DNA from: Candidatus Omnitrophota bacterium
GTDB taxonomy: Bacteria; Omnitrophota; Gorgyraeia; Zapsychrales; JANLHA01
Assembly (NCBI GenBank): GCA_963662715.1
Contig: OY759724.1
Coordinates: forward strand, 2,100,001 to 2,132,000
Direction of reading: 5' to 3'
Length of the DNA: 32,000 nt
Below the pieces are notes generated by a model, which was not told where the DNA came from, did not search any database, and saw nothing but the letters and a program-made list of their open reading frames with translations. Positions 9,716 through 18,061 of the stretch are shown one piece after another (position 1 is the first letter of the stretch; the number at the start of each line of letters is the position of its first letter). The translations under genes and the position numbers were made by a program.

Positions 9716-10927
9716 ATGATTGTGCAGCCAAAAATAAGAGGGTTTATTTGTACGACAGCCCATCCTGCGGGCTGTGCTAAAAATGTCCAGGACCAGATTG
9801 ACTATGTGAAAGAGCAGGGGCTTATTCAAGACGGCCCCGAAAGGGTTCTTGTGGTCGGAGCTTCAACAGGCTACGGCCTGGCGAGCCGTATCACGGTCGC
9901 TTTCGGATGCCGGGCTAAGACCATGGGTGTCTTTTATGAAAAAGCAGCGGAGGGGCGGCGCACGGCGACGGCCGGGTGGTATAACTCGATTGCTTTTGAC
10001 CAGGCCGCCATAAATGAAGGGCTTTACGCGAGAAGCTTTAACGGCGATGCGTTTAGCGACGAGATGAAGGATCGGGTCGTCTCGACGATCCGGGAGGACT
10101 GGGGAGGCGTTGATTTGCTGATCTACAGCTTGGCATCTCCCAGGCGTTTGCATCCGAAAACAGGTCAATTGTCCAAATCCTCGTTGAAGCCAAGAGGCGC
10201 TCCCTATACGAACAAATCCATAGATTTTTCCATCAACAAAATTGTGAATGTGACCCTGCCTTCAGCCACAGAAGAAGATGTGCAGCAGACGATCGATGTT
10301 ATGGGCGGTGAGGACTGGGACATGTGGGTGGCCGCATTAAAGCAGGCTAATCTGCTGTCTGAAAAATTTGTCACGGCTGCTTATTCGTATGTCGGCCCGG
10401 ATGTGACGATGCCGGTTTATCGCAATGGAACGATTGGGGCGGCTAAAGACCATTTGGAAGAAACAGCCCGCAAAATGGACGAATGGCTTAGACAAAAAGG
10501 CGGCCGGGCTTTCGTGTCCGTGAACAAGGCTTTGATCACTCAATCCAGTTCGGCGATCCCTTTCATCCCGCTTTATTTCATTATTTTGATGAAAGTTATG
10601 AAGCAAAAAGGCGTTCATGAGGACTGTATTCATCAGATGGTCAGACTTTTTCATGAGAGGCTTTATGCCGGGGGAGAGATCCCGGTTGATGAACTTGGCC
10701 GCGTACGAGTGGATGATTGGGAGATGCGTCCGGATATCCAGAGTGAGGTCCGAGAGTTATGGGAAAAAGTATCTAACGAGAATGTTGAGCAGTTGGCTGA
10801 TGTCCGGGGATATCATGAAGATTTCCTGAAGTTGTTCGGCTTTGGGTTGTCTGGCGTAGATTATGAAGCTGATGTCGATATCGATTTAAAGTTCCCCGAT
10901 TACGATTCTGTTATTATGAAAACATGA
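9716..10927 (+). CDS. fabV: Trans-2-enoyl-CoA/ACP reductase (NADH), FabV/TER family
   Basis: MIVQPKIRGFICTTAHPAGCAKNV N-terminus, VVGASTGYGLASRI nucleotide-binding motif and ~400 aa length are typical of FabV. Confidence 0.9.
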   Translation: MIVQPKIRGFICTTAHPAGCAKNVQDQIDYVKEQGLIQDGPERVLVVGASTGYGLASRITVAFGCRAKTMGVFYEKAAEGRRTATAGWYNSIAFDQAAINEGLYARSFNGDAFSDEMKDRVVSTIREDWGGVDLLIYSLASPRRLHPKTGQLSKSSLKPRGAPYTNKSIDFSINKIVNVTLPSATEEDVQQTIDVMGGEDWDMWVAALKQANLLSEKFVTAAYSYVGPDVTMPVYRNGTIGAAKDHLEETARKMDEWLRQKGGRAFVSVNKALITQSSSAIPFIPLYFIILMKVMKQKGVHEDCIHQMVRLFHERLYAGGEIPVDELGRVRVDDWEMRPDIQSEVRELWEKVSNENVEQLADVRGYHEDFLKLFGFGLSGVDYEADVDIDLKFPDYDSVIMKT

Positions 10928-11080
10928 CCTTTTCTGCCTCTTTCGGCATTCTTGATCAGAGGTGTCCGTTTTTGTCCGCAGTGTTTGAGGATGATTTGCA
11001 GTTAGTGGTGATCAGATGCATTTTATGCTGTTTCCTGCCAGAGGTTGTTTGTCTTCTTATTTAAAAAGTTTAATAAAAGA

Positions 11081-11109
11081 TTGACAAGGGTCTTTTGATC
11101 TAATACATT
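11081..11109 (+). promoter_or_regulatory. Candidate sigma-70 promoter (TTGACA-17 nt-TACATT) for the HTH/ACP(/smc) unit
   Basis: Perfect -35 TTGACA at 11081-11086, a 17-nt spacer, then TACATT at 11104-11109. It lies 28 nt upstream of the ATG at 11137. Confidence 0.45.
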
Positions 11110-11136
11110 GAAAATAAATAATTAAAATTAGTACTA

Positions 11137-11391
11137 ATGGAAAAAGATATGAACCAGAATCAGTTGATGACAATTGACGAAGTTGCTCAATATCTAAGGG
11201 TAAAAAAACGAACTGTTTATGACTGGCTTAAAAAAGATAAGATCCCGGCCATCAAGACCGTTGGGCAATGGCGGTTTAAGAAAGAAACGATTGATTCATG
11301 GCTTGAGGCTCAGCAGAGATTTATCGATCAGATTCGCATGGAAAAAGAGTCAAAGGATAAGGGAGGAACAAATGATGGCAGCACGAGGTGA
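11137..11391 (+). CDS. Small helix-turn-helix DNA-binding protein, excisionase/MerR-superfamily type
   Basis: LMTIDEVAQYLRVKKRTVYDWLKKDKIPAIKTVGQWRFKKETIDSWL is the classic excisionase-family HTH pattern. Alternative starts lie at 11149 and 11167. Confidence 0.75.
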   Translation: MEKDMNQNQLMTIDEVAQYLRVKKRTVYDWLKKDKIPAIKTVGQWRFKKETIDSWLEAQQRFIDQIRMEKESKDKGGTNDGSTR

Positions 11392-11635
11392 CTCTAATAT
11401 TGAGAAAGACATTCGGATGCTTGTTGCAGACATCTTGGAGACTGAACCCGAAGAGATAGATGGTGAGGCAAAGTTTGTTCAGGATTTAGGTATGGACTCT
11501 ATGATGGCTTTGGAGATTTTAGCCGGATTAGAAAAGAAGTATCGCATCGTTATCCCGGAAGAGATGCTGGCAAAATTTGTCAATCTCAACACGACTGTGA
11601 AGATTGTAGAGGATCTTTTAAGAGAAAAGTCATAG
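11372..11635 (+). CDS. Acyl carrier protein (PP-binding domain), orphan
   Basis: The listed ORF 11219..11635 is only protein-like from the ATG at 11372, which is preceded by GGGAGGA at 11361-11367. The phosphopantetheine attachment motif is DLGMDSMMALE. Length is 87 aa. It overlaps the HTH gene by 20 nt. Confidence 0.8.
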   Translation: MMAARGDSNIEKDIRMLVADILETEPEEIDGEAKFVQDLGMDSMMALEILAGLEKKYRIVIPEEMLAKFVNLNTTVKIVEDLLREKS

Positions 11636-11687
11636 GACGGTCTTTCCGAGAATTCTTCAGAATTTCCATCCCAGAGAGGAGTAAGGT

Positions 11688-14531
11688 GTGTTTTTTAAAA
11701 GATTAGAAATCTTTGGATTTAAATCTTTTGCGGATAAAACTGTGATGAATTTCGGCCCAGGCGTTACGGCGATTGTCGGGCCTAACGGTTGCGGTAAAAG
11801 CAATGTTTTTGATGCTATCCGCTGGGTGTTAGGGGAGCAGAGCGTTAAGGAACTGCGTGGCTCGGCCATGGAGGATGTCATCTTTAATGGCACGGAGAAG
11901 AAACCTTCTTTAGGTTTTGCCGAAGTGAGCCTTACTTTTTCCAATGAGTCGCGTGCTTTACCCGTTGATTATAACGAAGTAACCGTAACGAGACGCCTGT
12001 TCCGTTCGGGGGAAAGTGAGTATCTGCTGAATAAGACGACAGTCCGGTTGAAAGATATCGCTGAGCTTTTTATGGGGACGGGTATTGGCGCAGAAGCCTA
12101 TTCTCTTGTTCAGCAGGGAAAAGTTGATTTGGTCGTCAGCGCTAAACCGGAAGACCGGAGAATTATTCTGGATGAGGCTTCGGGGATAACAAAGTACAAA
12201 TCGAAGCGGAAAGAAGCTTTGAATAAACTGCGAGACACAGAGAACAACCTGCTGCGGATTAATGATATTATCGTTGAAGTCAAAAGACAGATCGCTTCGC
12301 TGGAAAGACAGGCGAATAAAGCCCGGCGTTATAGAGAAGAATTTGAGAAGTTGAAGGACCTGGAAGTCCAATACGCGGGGATGGAACTCAATGAGTTTTC
12401 CGAGCAAAGCCAGCGTCTCCGGCAGCATATTGCGGAAATGAAAGACCGGGAGAACCAGGAAATCGAAGCCCTGAAAGAGCTTAATGAACTTTTAGGCCAT
12501 GAAACGAGTTTTATGGAGGAGCTGGACGAAAAGATCAGCGAAATGACCGGGCAGGCGATAAAAGTGGAAGGTCAGGTTGACCTCCATCAGAGGCAAATTG
12601 AATTTAACGAAGAAAGAATTGAAAATGCCTTGTCTCAACAAAAGCGAATTGCTGAACATAAGGGGCAGATCCGGGAACGGTGCCGGCTGCAGGAAGAAAA
12701 GCTGGAAGAACTCCGTGTCTCATTGTCTCAATCGGAACACGTGATTGAAGGGAAGACCGGGCAGCTTGAAGAGAAAAGGAGTTCTCTTAACACGATCGTT
12801 GAAGGAATTGCCACGGCGCGTTTGAATATCCGGGATGAGGAGGAAAAAATATTAACGATTACCGCTAATCAGGTTCAGGTGCGCAACAGGTTGACGGAGG
12901 TCATGAAAGAGGTCCAGGGCAGTTTGGCCAGAAAGAGACGGCTGGAAATAGAGAATGTCAAAGTGGCCCAGGAAAAAGAAGTGGTCGATCATAGATATGC
13001 CGATATCTGCCAGAAAACCCAAACAGCGAAACAGACCATTCAGGATCTGCGGGGCCAGAGGGAAACCCAGGTCACTCAATTGAAGGCTCTGCAGAGAGAG
13101 ATGGATGCCCTAAAACAATGCATTGACGATCTTGAAAAAAAGAAACTGTTTTTAAAGTCACAAAAAGAATTTATTGAGAAATTGCGTGTCCAATATCAAG
13201 ATATCCCCGATCCGATTGTCTCCGGCCGTTTTGTGACGACGACATCCCCTTCGCAACATCATACCGGTATTATCGGTAAGGTCCGGGAGGTTGTTCCTCT
13301 TCAGGGGGAGCGTTTGGCCCAGATGCAGGCCTACTTGGGAGAGCAGGGGGATCAGTGTTTTGAGATCATCTGTGAAACAAAGTTTATTGAGTTAGACCCG
13401 CAACATATCTCGGTGAAGATCGATGAGTTGAGCCAGGACATTTCGGACCGTATGGTAACGAAGAGCCACTTGGAGAATGATATCAGGGGTTTGTCGGATC
13501 TGGTGGAACAACTTGAAGAAAAAATCCAGGAACAGGAGAAAGTCCTTTCCATTTTTGAGGCCCAAAAGGATGATGTGATCAAGGAAACGGACAAATTGAA
13601 CGATGAATTGGATCTTGTGAAATTGGAGCTGGAAGAAGTCACGGGGATGTTGTCCTCTTTAAAGAAATCCGAGGAAGAATTAACCATTAATCTGGATTCC
13701 TTGTCTCAAGAGCTGGCTTTTTGTCAGGTCCGGATTCAGGAAGGGCAGAAACTGGTTGCTGACAATTCCCAGCAGAGAGAAGAAACAACCATCCTGATTG
13801 CTCAGATAGAGTCGGAAATCCGTTCGGAACAGGAAAAAAGAAACAGCTATAGTGAGAATTTAAAGCTTTATCAGGAAACCTTGGAAGGCAGCATCAAGGA
13901 AATAGAACAGCTGGATCAAGAGGAGGCTGAAGAGCAGTTGAAACACCAGCAGTTCGAGCAGGAAATTGTGTCCTTGCTGGCGAAGATAGAAGATGTTAAA
14001 AAACAGAAAAGCTCTTTGCAGAACGTGTTGAGAGATTATGAGAAGCAAAAGGATGAGGTTGTCAGCCGCATCAACAGTGTGCGGGCGAACATCTCTTCCA
14101 ACAACTCAGATCTGGAGGAAATCAGAAGTCTTGTCCACCAGGACCAGTTTAATGATCAGGAAATTTCGTTTCACATCAAAGAGATCAAAGACCGTCTGCA
14201 GCAGGCCTACCGGATCGATTTTGACGAGTATGTCCGTCAGAGGAACGAACAGGTCCCGGCCGGGGCCGAGGTTCCTGAGGCGTCTGCTCCGAAGGAGCTT
14301 CCCGATATTGATGAGTTGAAAGAAACGATCAACCGCCTGCGCAAGCGTTGCGATGCCTTTGGGTCCGTAAACTTAGTGGCCATTGAAGAGTTTGAGGAGC
14401 TAAAGCAGCGTTTTGAATTCCTGACCAGTCAGCAGAGCGATTTGATTTCAGCGAAACATTCCTGCAGCAAACGATCGTCAAGATTAACCGCCAAACACGG
14501 CAAATGTTTATGGATACGTTTACCAAGGTGA
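11688..14531 (+). CDS. smc: Chromosome partition protein Smc, N-terminal head + both coiled-coil arms (frame-disrupted; continues in the next feature)
   Basis: GTG start after GAGAGGAG. The canonical Smc N-head reads FKSFADKT...[28 protein letters not shown], followed by long heptad-rich arms. The reading frame degenerates after ...QQSDLISAK (about 14456) and stops at 14531. Confidence 0.9.
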   Translation: MFFKRLEIFGFKSFADKTVMNFGPGVTAIVGPNGCGKSNVFDAIRWVLGEQSVKELRGSAMEDVIFNGTEKKPSLGFAEVSLTFSNESRALPVDYNEVTVTRRLFRSGESEYLLNKTTVRLKDIAELFMGTGIGAEAYSLVQQGKVDLVVSAKPEDRRIILDEASGITKYKSKRKEALNKLRDTENNLLRINDIIVEVKRQIASLERQANKARRYREEFEKLKDLEVQYAGMELNEFSEQSQRLRQHIAEMKDRENQEIEALKELNELLGHETSFMEELDEKISEMTGQAIKVEGQVDLHQRQIEFNEERIENALSQQKRIAEHKGQIRERCRLQEEKLEELRVSLSQSEHVIEGKTGQLEEKRSSLNTIVEGIATARLNIRDEEEKILTITANQVQVRNRLTEVMKEVQGSLARKRRLEIENVKVAQEKEVVDHRYADICQKTQTAKQTIQDLRGQRETQVTQLKALQREMDALKQCIDDLEKKKLFLKSQKEFIEKLRVQYQDIPDPIVSGRFVTTTSPSQHHTGIIGKVREVVPLQGERLAQMQAYLGEQGDQCFEIICETKFIELDPQHISVKIDELSQDISDRMVTKSHLENDIRGLSDLVEQLEEKIQEQEKVLSIFEAQKDDVIKETDKLNDELDLVKLELEEVTGMLSSLKKSEEELTINLDSLSQELAFCQVRIQEGQKLVADNSQQREETTILIAQIESEIRSEQEKRNSYSENLKLYQETLEGSIKEIEQLDQEEAEEQLKHQQFEQEIVSLLAKIEDVKKQKSSLQNVLRDYEKQKDEVVSRINSVRANISSNNSDLEEIRSLVHQDQFNDQEISFHIKEIKDRLQQAYRIDFDEYVRQRNEQVPAGAEVPEASAPKELPDIDELKETINRLRKRCDAFGSVNLVAIEEFEELKQRFEFLTSQQSDLISAKHSCSKRSSRLTAKHGKCLWIRLPR

Positions 14532-15001
14532 GTGAAGAGTTCCGTATCTATTTCAGAATGCTTTTCGGCGGAGGAGAAGCCCAGCTCGTTTTGATGGATC
14601 CCGACAATGTCCTTGAGACAGGGATTGAAATTATCGCGAGGCCTCCTGGCAAAAAACTGCAGAATATCAGCCTGCTTTCCGGAGGGGAAAAGACCCTGAC
14701 GGCGATCGCTCTCATTTTCGGCGTTTTCAAGGTGAATCCCAGCCCGTTTTGTGTCCTCGATGAAATTGACGCTGCCCTGGATGAATCAAACGTGGGACGG
14801 TTCAGTTATCTTCTTAAGGACTTTGCCGAAATTGCCCAGTTTATTGTTATAACTCATAACAAGAAGACCATCGCTTCTGCAAAAGTCATGTACGGGATTA
14901 CGATGCAGGAGACAGGGGTCTCTAAAATCGTGTCGGTGAAGTTCGCGGAGAAAGACGAGACAAAGACGGAGAATCTTCAGGCCGTTACCGCCAGTGTATG
15001 A
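14504..15001 (+). CDS. smc: Smc C-terminal head fragment (same gene as 11688..14531, in a different frame that is open from 14417)
   Basis: From 14453 this frame reads [47 protein letters not shown]. It then carries the ABC signature [13 protein letters not shown], Walker [13 protein letters not shown] and D-loop, which together form the canonical Smc C-head. Confidence 0.9.
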   Translation: MFMDTFTKVSEEFRIYFRMLFGGGEAQLVLMDPDNVLETGIEIIARPPGKKLQNISLLSGGEKTLTAIALIFGVFKVNPSPFCVLDEIDAALDESNVGRFSYLLKDFAEIAQFIVITHNKKTIASAKVMYGITMQETGVSKIVSVKFAEKDETKTENLQAVTASV

Positions 15002-15029
15002 TTCTTACCCTCCCGGGGCACGGGGATTT

Positions 15030-15869
15030 TTAATATTTTTCTTCTCTAAAATGATTGGCAAAGCAGGTTTTGTTTTTGCCGCTGAATTTTGCGATATACA
15101 TGGCTTTATCCGCCATGGCGATTAAATCTTCTTTGTTCATCGCGTCATCAGGGTAATTGGCCAGCCCAAGGCTGATTGTCATGTGAAGAGACTGGCCTTC
15201 CGAAGGCTCGGGAAAAGAATATTCCTCAATACGCTTGCGTAATCTCTCGGCGATATCCCATCCTTGATCGAGATTGGCTCCCGATAAGATAATCGCAAAT
15301 TCCTCCCCTCCGTAACGGCAGACAAAGTCAATATCCCGGGAGGAGTTGGTGAGTATCTGGGCCATGTTTTTCAGGAGCTGGTCTCCATGCTGATGCCCGT
15401 AGGTGTCGTTGATTTTTTTAAAGTCGTCAATATCAATCATAACCAGGCTTAACGGCTGTTTCAGCAGGATAGCCTGGTTAAGTTCTTCCGTCAGTTTTTC
15501 TTGAAAGAAACGGTGATTCCAGAGACCGGTGATTGGGTCGGTCAGGCTTTGCAGAACAACCATTTCGTATAAATGGGAGTTTTCGATGGCAAGCCCGGCT
15601 TGGTTGGCCAGCATGGTAAAAATTTTTATGTCATCCTGACTGATAGGCTTTTGGGTGTAAATATTGTCGGCGATAATGAGTCCGTTAACCTCGTCTTTGG
15701 CTTTAAGGGGCATGATGAGCAGTTCATTCGTGTAGAATATTTTTAGAAGAGGATCATCTTTATATTCCGATATGGCATAAGGAAGCAGATGCCAGGGGGT
15801 CCCTCTGAAGTAGGCTTGGGAAAGGAGAAAAGGGCTGACGGGGTCCAGAGGAAAGCGAAGGTCTTTCAC
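15030..15869 (-). CDS. GGDEF diguanylate cyclase, C-terminal part of GAF domain + GGDEF domain (frame-disrupted gene, downstream fragment)
   Basis: Active site RYGGEEF with an RxxD I-site (RDID) 5 residues upstream. The GAF C-terminal half reads GLIIADNIYTQKPISQDDIKIFTMLANQAGLAIENSHLY. This frame is actually open upstream to 15968. Confidence 0.88.
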   Translation of the reverse strand: MKDLRFPLDPVSPFLLSQAYFRGTPWHLLPYAISEYKDDPLLKIFYTNELLIMPLKAKDEVNGLIIADNIYTQKPISQDDIKIFTMLANQAGLAIENSHLYEMVVLQSLTDPITGLWNHRFFQEKLTEELNQAILLKQPLSLVMIDIDDFKKINDTYGHQHGDQLLKNMAQILTNSSRDIDFVCRYGGEEFAIILSGANLDQGWDIAERLRKRIEEYSFPEPSEGQSLHMTISLGLANYPDDAMNKEDLIAMADKAMYIAKFSGKNKTCFANHFREEKY

Positions 15870-16228
15870 CGATTTAAAAAGGCTTGCCTGGTCGATAGTG
15901 TTGTAAACTTTATCGGCTTGAATGAGGTCGTTAAGATCCTGGTTGCAGTTTTCGATGTATTCCAGACTTTATTGGCATGTTCTCCCGATTCCGGGCCTAT
16001 GGCCATTTTGCATTCCAGGACTTTTTTCTGTGAGTTGACAAGAAAGAGAATCGCCCGGTTGTACCCGAGCCCGGTGTGGGAGGTGACTCCTGTCAGGATA
16101 ATATAGAGGATATGATTCAGTTCAAGGGTCGTCCTCATGGCGCAGCTTACTTCGTAGAGGACGTTGAGCTCCCGGTTCGCTTGTTTGATGCGGTTTTCGG
16201 TCATGTCTCTTGTTGTGATTTCAGTCAT
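15866..16228 (-). CDS. N-terminal half of the GAF domain of the same GAF-GGDEF protein (upstream fragment)
   Basis: NRELNVLYEVSCAMRTTLELNHILYIILTGVTSHTGLGYNRAILFLVNSQKKVLECKMAIGPESGE is a typical GAF N-terminal half. The tail after ...HANKVW is non-protein-like and stops at 15866. Confidence 0.8.
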   Translation of the reverse strand: MTEITTRDMTENRIKQANRELNVLYEVSCAMRTTLELNHILYIILTGVTSHTGLGYNRAILFLVNSQKKVLECKMAIGPESGEHANKVWNTSKTATRILTTSFKPIKFTTLSTRQAFLNR

Positions 16229-16275
16229 TTATTCTTAATATTATTGAAAAATTTCCCTAAGTCTTCTTGGATTGC

Positions 16276-16304
16276 AAGATAGCATTTTCCCTGATCTTTG
16301 TCAA
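16276..16304 (-). promoter_or_regulatory. Candidate sigma-70 promoter for the GAF-GGDEF gene (TTGACA-17 nt-TATCTT with TG extension)
   Basis: The minus strand reads TTGACA (16304-16299), a 17-nt spacer ending in TGC, then TATCTT (16281-16276). It lies 48 nt upstream of the ATG at 16228. Confidence 0.45.
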
Positions 16305-16406
16305 GATGAGAAATGTTTGATCTTTGGGGGCGGTAATCACTTTAATATATTGATATATAAAGATTTAAGAATTTAATATAATAGAAAAAATCTGGGAAGC
16401 GCTTTC

Positions 16407-16435
16407 TTGACACTCATTATAGCATATGTTATACT
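16407..16435 (+). promoter_or_regulatory. Candidate sigma-70 promoter for the cvpA-like gene (TTGACA-17 nt-TATACT)
   Basis: Perfect -35 at 16407-16412, a 17-nt spacer, then TATACT at 16430-16435. The TTG the ORF track uses as a start is the -35 hexamer itself. Confidence 0.55.
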
Positions 16436-16451
16436 TGGACAGTTTAACTTA

Positions 16452-17036
16452 ATGTTTTTCAACATGATAAGAGAAATTCTTACAATTGTAAACATCGTTG
16501 ACGTTGTCGTATTTTTCATCTTCATAAGAAGCGCCTATATTGGCTTTACCCAAGGACTTATCGTGGAGCTTTTTAAGATGATGGGGATACTTTTTGCGAC
16601 ATTCTTTACATTGCATTATTTTATTATTTTGACTTCTTACTTAGGCGGGGTTCTTCCTTTGCCGATGGATATGATCGTCGTTGTGGCCTATATTATGATA
16701 TGGGTGATTATGGTCGCTTTATTTGCTGTCGTCCGGCAGGGGTGGATGCTGGGTTTTCCACCCATTGAAAAAACGTTTATATACAAGATATTGGGAGGGG
16801 TTTTGGGGACGATTCGGGCCATGTTCGTCAGCGGTTTGTTGTTTCTAGTGATATTTATTTCATCAAGCGCAATTTTAGTTCAATCGGCTCGCTCCTCCTT
16901 TGCAGGCTTTTACCTTAAAAGTATTTCAGTAGATTTTTATAAATCCTGTTATATGAATTTCATTGTAAGAGTCTTCCCCAAAGAACCCATGAATGATAAG
17001 ATATTTGAATTTTTCCCGGAAGAACTCAAAAGGTAA
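16452..17036 (+). CDS. cvpA: CvpA-family membrane protein (colicin V production protein-like)
   Basis: Four or more TM helices. The N-terminus NIVDVVVFFIFIRSAYIGFTQGLIVELFKMMGILFA matches the CvpA pattern (D-hydrophobic run-RG-x-GF/L). The start is uncertain (ATG 16452 or 16464); the TTG at 16407 is rejected. Confidence 0.55.
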   Translation: MFFNMIREILTIVNIVDVVVFFIFIRSAYIGFTQGLIVELFKMMGILFATFFTLHYFIILTSYLGGVLPLPMDMIVVVAYIMIWVIMVALFAVVRQGWMLGFPPIEKTFIYKILGGVLGTIRAMFVSGLLFLVIFISSSAILVQSARSSFAGFYLKSISVDFYKSCYMNFIVRVFPKEPMNDKIFEFFPEELKR

Positions 17037-17092
17037 CTGAGTTTGCTCCGCGGCTTTTTGAACCTTTCGATTGGCTCAGAAAAGGACATCCA

Positions 17093-18061
17093 TTGAAGCT
17101 GAGGGATATTTTTGATTTACTTGTTCGAGAAGGTGTTCAGGCGGATTTAAGGCCTCTTAAGCAAATTCAAGGGCAACAGCGGCGGCTTAAAAAAGAATAT
17201 CAGTTGTTGCCGGAAAAAAAACGTAAGTTCTTTGACAAAGAACGCTTGTCTAATCCTTATTCAGATTCCCGGGTTTTATCCGGGGACCCCGATCTGGATG
17301 TGACACAAATTTTGGTGGGTATTGATATCGGCGTCGGGGAACTTCTCGTGGCCAATCAGTTGCGACAGTCCGGAATAGCTGTTGACGCGGTCTTAAGTCA
17401 TCATCCTCTGGGGAAAGCTTTGGCCGGCTTGACGGATGTGATGGGGATTCAGACGGACATTTTGATAAAACAGGGGGTGAAGGATGCCGCGGCCAAAGGC
17501 TTGATGGAAAGGCGGATAGGGGAGGTTGCCCGTCGGTTGCATGGCCAGAATCATGAGCAGGTCGTTGATGCCGCCCGCTTGCTGGGTATCCCGCTGCTGT
17601 GCTGTCATACCCCGGCCGATAATCATGTCGCGAGCTATTTGCAGACCCTGATGGAACGGCGGCATCCCAAAAAACTGGAGGACGTCGTAGAGCTCCTTTT
17701 GAAAGAGCCGGAATATCAGGAAGCCGCCTTAAGAGGGGCCGGCCCGCATATTTTGGCCGGGGAGCCGGACGATAAAGCCGGACGTATTCTGGTTGATATG
17801 ACAGGAGGGGCGGAAGGTTCCAAAGAGACTTTTGCCCGGCTATCTCAGCTCGGGATTAATACCTTGTTGATCATGCATTATTCAGAAGGGCATTATCAAA
17901 AGGTTAAAAACGAATATTTAAATGTGGTTAACGCTGGTCATATTGCCAGCGATACTTTGGGGATAAATTTAATTTTAGATAAGTTGGAACGACAGGCACA
18001 ATTGCAAGTTTTGGAATGTTCCGGATTCAGGAGATTTAAACGTTATGGGACTCATCCCTGA
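17093..18061 (+). CDS. NIF3 (DUF34) family dinuclear-metal-centre protein, divergent
   Basis: The three NIF3 metal-ligand blocks are recognisable by eye: AVLSHHPLG, CCHTPADNHV and NAGHIASD. TTG start; the N-terminal ~60 aa are atypical and basic. Overlaps dnaG by 17 nt. Confidence 0.55.
   Translation: MKLRDIFDLLVREGVQADLRPLKQIQGQQRRLKKEYQLLPEKKRKFFDKERLSNPYSDSRVLSGDPDLDVTQILVGIDIGVGELLVANQLRQSGIAVDAVLSHHPLGKALAGLTDVMGIQTDILIKQGVKDAAAKGLMERRIGEVARRLHGQNHEQVVDAARLLGIPLLCCHTPADNHVASYLQTLMERRHPKKLEDVVELLLKEPEYQEAALRGAGPHILAGEPDDKAGRILVDMTGGAEGSKETFARLSQLGINTLLIMHYSEGHYQKVKNEYLNVVNAGHIASDTLGINLILDKLERQAQLQVLECSGFRRFKRYGTHP

Noticed and set aside
11219-11371. N-terminal 51 codons of the listed 138-aa ORF 11219..11635.
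   Set aside because: This part is the alternative frame of the HTH gene and is Arg/Lys/Gly-rich junk. The carrier-protein homology begins only at the ATG at 11372, which has its own RBS.
15002-15029. Possible bidirectional terminator between the convergent smc and GGDEF genes (CCCTCCCGGGGCACGGGGATTTTT).
   Set aside because: Only a 3-4 bp stem can be drawn, so it is too weak to call, although T-runs follow it.
16407-16451. TTG at 16407 as the cvpA start.
   Set aside because: This TTG is the first half of a perfect TTGACA -35 hexamer, with a TATACT -10 at the optimal 17-nt spacing. The extra residues are not part of the CvpA pattern.
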